From Geosiphon pyriformis uo1 (lineage: Eukaryota; Fungi; Glomeromycota), in contig JAAOMT010000340.1 of the NCBI GenBank assembly GCA_016748015.1, positions 1-6,026 of the forward strand: a stretch of DNA of 6,026 nucleotides. The letters run 5' to 3'. This document shows, in pieces, positions 1 to 6,026 of the stretch. Positions within the stretch are counted from its first letter, which is position 1; each line of letters begins with the position of its first letter. Both the position numbers and the translations under genes were made by a program. The notes under the pieces were generated by a model, which was not told where the DNA came from, ran no database searches, and worked only from the letters and a program-made list of their open reading frames with translations.

Positions 1-652
1 AAAAAAAAACATTACTTTCAATGATTTTTTAACTTTCAAATTAGTACAGTAATTTTCCCAATATAAAACTAATTTTTTTGATTAAAACTGTTAAGAATTT
101 TAATTATTCGAATTTATTAGTTTGTGTAAAGTATCAAATGCTAATAAATTAAAAAAAACTATAAAAGTTTGGTTGATTTTATAAATATAAAAAAAAATGT
201 CTGATTTTATGGGTTAGTTTTAGTTAAAAAATAAAAGTGTGTACAATGAAAAAAACTAAATATTTTGACTGATTTTGGCTTTATAAATAATTATGTAGTA
301 TATAATAAATTTTATTCATGTAAATTTTGACAAATACTTTATAATTTTAGTTTTGTAATATTAAAAAAAAATGAAAATACTTTGAATTATAAAGTAATTA
401 ATAAACCTTTTGAAGATTTTAAAAAGAATAAAAACAAAATTGACAAATATTAATGGTTTTATTTATTAGTGCTTTGTGAACAACACAGTATGAGTTTTGT
501 ACAATAATATTCTTGAACTTAATAGGTAAAATATTTTAATATTAATACCATAGTTATTAATAATAATAAAAAGTGTTATTTATTAATGTTAAAAATTTAT
601 ATCTGTTTTATATATAAAGTAATTAGCATAAATAATATCAGAAAATTTCTTT

Positions 653-676
653 GCATACCTGTTTACATCGGTATGC
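653..676. other. Isolated GC-enriched hairpin (possible Helitron 3' end on -)
   Basis: GCATACC (653-659) is the perfect reverse complement of GGTATGC (670-676). On - it is followed by an 11-nt spacer and then CTGA|T (641-638|637); on + it is followed by a T run. The hairpin is certain; its function is inferred. Confidence 0.5.
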
Positions 677-862
677 GACTTTTTTTATTTTAGAAAAGAA
701 AAAAAATAAAAGTCTTGACTGATAATTTAATTATTAAATAAAACTATAGAATCAAATAAAGCGAAAATTAATAAACTTTTTACAAGTCAAATCATTTTTT
801 AATAATCTGTATTGTCATTAATTAATGCTATTAAAATTGTAAAAATGTTAAATGGTGTTTAG

Positions 863-1266
863 ATTACTTAAATATTGATTACAAATTTGTTATTAATATA
901 TTTAATATCAAATAATTGTAAAAAATTGTTTTGATTACAATTAATTAATTTAAACGAAATTAATTTAATATTTGTAAAAGAAGTAATTAGAAATTGCAGA
1001 CAATGACAATTATAAGTAATACATTTTAAAATAGGCAAGTTTTTTTTATAATTATTACAAAGTTTGAAATAATAAGTAATCTAATTATTACATTTTAAAC
1101 TTTAAAAAATGTCTAGTGTAAATTTATGCAAAAATAATATTGAATAATCAATTAAATAATTTTTAAGTAATACATTTAATAATTATTTTCGCTATTTTTT
1201 TAATAAGTAATATTGTTTTTATACAAGATAAAAAAAATTGTAAAACTTGTATAAAATAAAAGTAAT
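863..1266. repeat. Cluster of ATTAC/GTAAT motifs in both orientations
   Basis: ATTAC at 863, 878, 934, 1054, 1087; GTAAT at 983, 1016, 1076, 1167, 1207, 1262; exact 14-mer TAAGTAATACATTT at 1013 and 1164. Confidence 0.55.
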
Positions 1267-2229
1267 TTTATTCATAATATAAAGAGTTATGAATATTTTA
1301 TTTTATCATAAACATTAAGCCTGTTTATAACAAACAATTTTTTATATTGGTATTTTAAAAATTATAATTTATATACTTTAAATTTAAATCTTATTTTAAA
1401 ATCAATAAAAAATTTTACCATCACATAAATTGTATTTAAAAAATAATTAAAATACAATATTATTTAAAAATAATAAATGTATTTTTGGAGTTTTGTATTT
1501 AAATATTGAATTTTTGTATTGAATAATTATGCACAGATATCAATTCTTTTCATAAATTTTCAATCTTATGTTTTTGAAATTTTATGACATTGTGATATAA
1601 AGAAACTGCTATTCTTTTTTTTATAAAGCAAAATATCTTTAAAATTGATAATTATTTGATAATTTTTTAATATAAATGCTGATTAAAATAAAAATTTTTA
1701 TGAATATTTAAGTAAGTCTTTAAAATGTCAATAAGTATTTAAAAATGCTTTGTTTAATTTAAAGATTAATTCAATAATTTATTTGGATTATATTAACAAG
1801 TTGAAAATATTTAAGAGACAATCAGAAAAGATTGTAATTATTTAATTGAATTTATAAATATATAATGTATTTTTTTTATAAAAATTTAAATCATTTTAAG
1901 ATAAAAGTAAAAATATCTTTTTACATATTTAAAAGTATTAATTAAAATAATAAATGTTATTTAAGGTTTTATTAACTTTTTAATTTCAGTATTGAATATT
2001 AAGTTCTAAACATGATAAATAGCAGGATTAGAAAATTGATAAATTAAAATGATTTTAATATTTCTTGATTAATGAAACATATCCACTATAAGAATTAAAC
2101 TTGAGTCTAACAGAAAAAAGCTTTAATTTAATATATTAGAATGATAAATTAGTGGCGAACTTATTAATTAAGCAGTTTAGCCTGACCAACTTGAAATTCA
2201 AATCACCCTTATTTGATATTTTTTGACTA

Positions 2230-2905
2230 ATTGGTTTATAAAAATTGACTTGGAGAGAATCTTTTCTCTTTGTAATAACTCAACCGAATAATTAATGATC
2301 CGAAAATCTTCGATTGAAGCATTCGAAGTTTAAAAATAAATTAAAAGCTAATAAAAATAAGAATTTAAAAGGAGCGTTTGGTAAAAAAATTTTGTTTTAG
2401 TATTAGGCAAACTAAAAATAATTATATTATAAAAATGTCTATGACTAAAGCATAACGTTAAAATTTAGAGGTTTAATTATTTTACCTATTAATAGAATAT
2501 AGTCTTAATAGATTATTTTATAAATGTAAATGCTCCTGTTCACAGATCTGTAAAAGTTAAACACAAAAATTAATAAAAATATACAAGTAACAAAAGGCCT
2601 TATGATTAAATCATACAACTCATTTGGTTAATGGGAAATTTGTTTGGCCAAAAAATAATTATAAATTGTTTTTCCGAAATGATTAATAGTTCTAATCTAA
2701 ATTCTATCAAAAATATGTGGAGTATAGTTGTGGAAATGTAAAACAACGGATCCTAGGATATATATTATAATTTGAGCATTTTATAATAAAAGAGCGAGAA
2801 GATATTTTGCATGATATTTTAAATAAGGTAAGTAGCTACTAATAAAACTTGTGATTGTACATATGATAAGTACAACCGTTTTCAATTACCGAACGAGCCA
2901 TTTAG
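2230..2905 (+). mobile_element. Degenerate Tc1/mariner-IS630 superfamily DDE transposase relic (pseudogene)
   Basis: Motifs occur in the expected order on +. 2282-2330 reads NRII..tga tcc ga- aaa tct tcg att gaa gca ttc gaa, matching W-S-D-E-S-S-I-E-A-F-G with a 1-nt deletion. ~2371-2425 reads GAFG..LGKLKII (cf. WGxF..G.G.L). 2511-2564 reads DYFINVNAPVHRSVKVKH (cf. F.xDNAPxHxS..VK). 2685-2729 reads NSSNLNSIKNMWSIV (cf. NSPDLNPIENxWS). 2771-2828 reads FEHFIIKEREDILHDILNK (cf. L...I..EW..IP...L.K). Many stops and frameshifts; outer boundaries approximate; no TIRs identified. Confidence 0.85.
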
Positions 2906-2930
2906 TTTAAAACTGTCATTACACAATGTA

Positions 2931-2968
2931 ATCATTATCATTATTATCATTATTATTCTTATTATTAT
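2931..2968. repeat. Imperfect (ATT/ATC)n microsatellite
   Basis: atcattatcattattatcattattattcttattattat, just downstream of the transposase relic. Confidence 0.8.
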
Positions 2969-4149
2969 ACACTTAATATTTAATATTCAATTTACTTATA
3001 AATTCCAACTTATAGATTTCAAAGAACCTGTGCATCTCCTTGAAAATAAGAATTTAAAAAAATTGGGAATATAATTAAATGTAATAATTTAACTATGTTG
3101 GAATGACTCTTAATAAATGTAATAGCAATCTTTTCATAAGATATATATTTATTCTATATTATATTGACTGTACCATTTTTATATTCCATTCAATATATTT
3201 TAAAATACATTGTATATATTTAAGAGTTATTTTTATATATTATTTTTTAAATTTTATTAATAATTTTAATATACATTAAAGTCAAAAATTCTTAAGAGAG
3301 TTTAATAAATGCTAGAATATAAATTATCATTCAAAATAAAATTCTGTTTATAAAATTGACCTTTACCTTTATTGTGGTTTGAAAATTAGAAAATTTAAAT
3401 ATGAAAACATTGAGTTAATAATTTAATTCATTAGAAATATTTTTGATTATTAATAAAAATTATATTAAAATATTAGTCTCTAATGTTTAAAATTAAATAA
3501 TCAAATTTGTTAAATATATGTTAATACACAATCTAAAAGCTAATTCGTTCTTAAATTTTGATTTTTGATAAATAATTTTTAATTTTCATTTAAATTTGGT
3601 CTATAAATTGCTAATTAATAATATACTATATCAATTTGAAATATACTTTGGCAGATTTAATATAAATTTAAGTTTTAGAAAGTGCGTAAAAATTATATTC
3701 TGGCTTTATTAACTTTATTGATTTTTTCTTTAAGAAAATATAGTAATTTTTAATTGATTATTTTTTTTTGAAGTGTTTACTTTTATTAATTGGTTGAATA
3801 ATTCAATTACAAAATCTACCATATATAAATTACAAAAATAACTGTTTGAAAAATAAATTATTTAAGCATTTAAAAGATAACATATATAATCTAGGCCTTG
3901 ATAATTTATTGCCAGAAAATTTCTGCAATGAAATAGCTTTTAACAATGCACCTATAGTTTCTAACTCTAGAAATTTTACCTTCTTTAATAAAATACTTTT
4001 TCCTTGTTTTTAACCCGGGATGACTTAAATGTGAATGGCAGTGAAATATGGAAAAATTGTAGAATGGGGAGTCGCTAAATCAAGCAATGGCATTCAATTG
4101 GAAAGAGAAAACTTTAAGGCTTTATTGAAATATCTGCAACTAATAGTTT

Positions 4150-4949
4150 TATTTCCTAGCTTAATAAATTGCTTTTGTAAAATTTAAATTTTAGTATTGA
4201 ATCACTTTTAATTAACAATTATAGTTTGATAGAAATATTAACTTCGAGTGTTAATGTAAACAAATCCCATTTTAAGTTTAGAAATACCATGGTAGAATCT
4301 TTCTTATATCATATCCAATGAAATTTTAAAAATTGACAAGATTAATCTGGACTACAAAATTACCAGTTTTGGCTGCTTATTCGAACTAGACAAAAGCTTG
4401 GTGCTTATCTTGACTGGTTCCAACCAAGGCAATATAACAATACCTGTATTGAGCTTGATCTAATGAATGACCACTTTCAGTACTCTTTTATTAGAAATTA
4501 AAGGCTTGCTATTCATCACATATTGTGCCCAATTCGTAGTTAAAAAGATACCTAAACAGACAAGCGAATGTTGGCTGTTAAATTTTCTTAGAGACAAGTT
4601 GAAAAACACCTTCAAGAATTTGATTTTGTGAGAAAATCTACTCTTTAATATCTCGAACTACATAAAAATCTGATTTTCTCCATTTTTTTTCCAGTTCTTG
4701 AGAGAATTCTCACTTTTGTTTCTTTTAGTAAAGATTTAAAGTAATAGTCATAAACCATTTTTCCATCAATTTGTACAAAAAAACCTAACTAGATTTTCAT
4801 ATTTCGGTAAATTATGTCGTATTCTTTTTTAAAAAATACTTGATCGAATTTATTCTTAAAACCCAGTTCTCTTTAGCATACAATTGAAATTACCAGAATT
4901 TTCAGATATTATCAATTTCTATTTCATTTCGAGGAAAAAATGGAACCAT
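4150..4949 (-). pseudogene. Sel1-like repeat (SLR/HCP-like) protein pseudogene
   Basis: One frame, 4709->4325, reads EFSQELEKKWRKSDFYVVRDIKE*IFSQNQILEGVFQLVSKKI*QPTFACLFRYLFNYELGTICDE*QAFNF**KSTESGHSLDQAQYRYCYIALVGTSQDKHQAFV*FE*AAKTGNFVVQINLVNF*. Landmarks recur every 108 nt (36 aa, the Sel1 repeat length): RY at 4553/4445, GT at 4529/4421, QAF at 4508/4400, G(H/N) at 4472/4364. Further frameshifted SLR-like pieces are NFTKAIY*ARK (4184-4152), QIDGKMVYDYYFKS (4773-4732) and KYENLVRFF (~4804-4778). Candidate ATGs at 4949 or 4985; ends uncertain. Confidence 0.88.
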
Positions 4950-5366
4950 AACACTATAATATTTCCCTACTATAATAACCTCCATAATTACAAACATTGA
5001 TACATGAGTTCTGTAATTAAGATCAAAACAATAATAATGATAACAGGGATATGGCAGGGAAATGTCTAAAAAGATTCCTCGCCCAGAAAAATTTAAGGGC
5101 TCCGAGTTTGTGTTTTACGCCCAAGCGTGAGATAGATCTTGATAGATATTTTCTATCTTCCACTTTATCTTTGCTCTTAAAAAAAATTAGTGATTAATAA
5201 TAATAATTAAAGTTCCTATAATTAATCAGAAACATTTTTGATCAAAACAACACGATATTATAAATTCTTTTTTGGTTAAGATTAGCTGCTGTTCTAAAAT
5301 TACATCATTTCAAAGAGAGGCCTATGTTTATTAATAATTTGAAAAATTTTTTATATAAAAACAGCC

Positions 5367-5604
5367 TTTCTTTTTTTTCATTTCCATTTCTTCTCTTTAT
5401 TTTTAATCACTTCACTTCTCTTCCTTCTTTTATCGCTTTCTTTTCCTTCCTTCTTTTATCATTTCTCTTCCTTTTCTTTATTGCTTTCTTTTTTTTATCT
5501 TTTTTTTCGTCCCCTCTTTCTCCCTTTCTCTCTTCTTTTCTTTTTTCTTGTCCTTCTCTCTTTCTGTCCTTCTCTCTTCCTGTCTTTCTCTCTTTCTTCA
5601 TTCC
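5367..5604. repeat. Polypyrimidine/polypurine (CT-rich) low-complexity tract
   Basis: About 240 nt almost entirely C/T on + (TTC/CTT/TCTC units). It produces the overlapping F/L/S-rich ORFs on + and the K/R/E-rich ORFs on -. Confidence 0.92.
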
Positions 5605-6011
5605 TATATAAGGTAGGTTTTGCTGAGTATTGTACTTGTTTAAAAGTTAAAACGTTAAAAAATAAAAAATAAGAAAGAATTTGTGCCAATTTTTTAAGTT
5701 AATTGTGGATTACCTGTATAATTATCTTGGACTTATCCCATGCACATTTTTTTTCTTAATTAATCACAAATACAAACTTGATTATATGACAATACTCATA
5801 TATTCATCTTTTTTATAGATGACTTATTTCGAATAAAAGGCTTTCATCCTTTTTTTCTGTCCTTCTTTTCTCGCTCTTTGTTCTTATATAACTTTTTCAA
5901 AATAAGTTTTGCTGAAAAGTTTATTAGATGTTTAACAAAAATTGGCTGTGGTCTTCTTAACCATAGAAAAAAAATGTTTTTAACAAACTTCTTACAGCAC
6001 ATCAAATGATT
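5561..6011 (-). repeat. Degenerate direct duplication, period ~280-310 nt, probably a decayed coding module
   Basis: Collinear shared words on +: TTTCTGTCCTTCT at 5561/5854, TATATAA at 5605/5885, GTTTTGCTGA at 5617/5906. Minus-strand translations are SAKPTLYRNEEREKDRK and SAKLILKKLYKNKEREKKDRK. Upstream of these are IHN*LKNWHKF (needs a 1-nt indel, from 5710) and IFNHLMCCKKF (6017-5985). Confidence 0.65.
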
Positions 6012-6026
6012 AAAGATTTATCAGAT

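Noticed and set aside
150-290. TGATTTT words near 174, 202 and 270 as a tandem repeat
   Set aside because: Irregular spacing and short AT-rich words; cannot be separated from chance by eye.
330-560. Possible decayed coding fragment (NENTLNYKVINKPFEDFKK...)
   Set aside because: No recognisable motif, and the open stretches are short.
653-687. Bacterial rho-independent terminator
   Set aside because: The shape fits on +, but there is no upstream gene and the window has no bacterial gene density.
2970-3140. Possible minus-strand coding remnant ending in an N/D-rich tail
   Set aside because: No family recognised; the N/D run is just the ATT/ATC microsatellite.
46-3172. TACAGT (46) and ACTGTA (3167-3172) as Tc1 terminal inverted repeats
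   Set aside because: The match does not extend convincingly beyond 6 bp. A gapped alternative with 3062-3083 (shared TTCCCAAT) is also too weak in such AT-rich DNA.
4325-4709. Ciliate-type code (TAA/TAG = Gln) making the Sel1 gene intact
   Set aside because: All stops in the core are TAR, but some sit at Trp-consensus positions (AFV*F, KE*IF). Conserved Gly/Ala codons are also hit by transitions, an in-frame TGA lies at 4712, and the flanks are frameshifted.
5324-5672. Plus-strand ORFs 5324-5611 and 5481-5672 as membrane proteins
   Set aside because: The F/L/S-rich translation is simply what a CT tract encodes; pyrimidine tracts cannot form stop codons.
5407-5689. Minus-strand K/R/E ORFs as intact genes
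   Set aside because: Short, low complexity and open in several overlapping frames. At most they are fragments of the decayed duplicated module.
1-6026. CRISPR array, tRNA or rRNA genes
   Set aside because: No regularly spaced identical repeats, cloverleaf or conserved rRNA motifs were seen.

Overview
Very AT-rich DNA (roughly 20% GC by eye, lower in the first 2 kb) with no intact gene; it looks like a eukaryotic graveyard of decayed repeats. Manual translation shows two recognisable relics absent from the ORF track: a Tc1/mariner-IS630 DDE transposase on + (~2230-2905, all three catalytic-motif regions visible) and a Sel1-like-repeat (SLR) pseudogene on - (~4150-4949, exact 108-nt/36-aa periodicity). 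A weaker third relic at the right end is a ~290-310 nt degenerate duplicated unit (zinc-finger-like NHLxxC plus a K/R/E-rich tract). In both clear relics, almost every stop codon and every damaged conserved residue is explained by a C>T/G>A transition on either strand, in CpA, CpC and CpG contexts. This suggests RIP-like hypermutation with an unusually broad context. The composition and SLR architecture suggest an arbuscular mycorrhizal fungus (Glomeromycotina), but this is inference. The four ORFs in the supplied track arise mostly from a polypyrimidine/polypurine tract.
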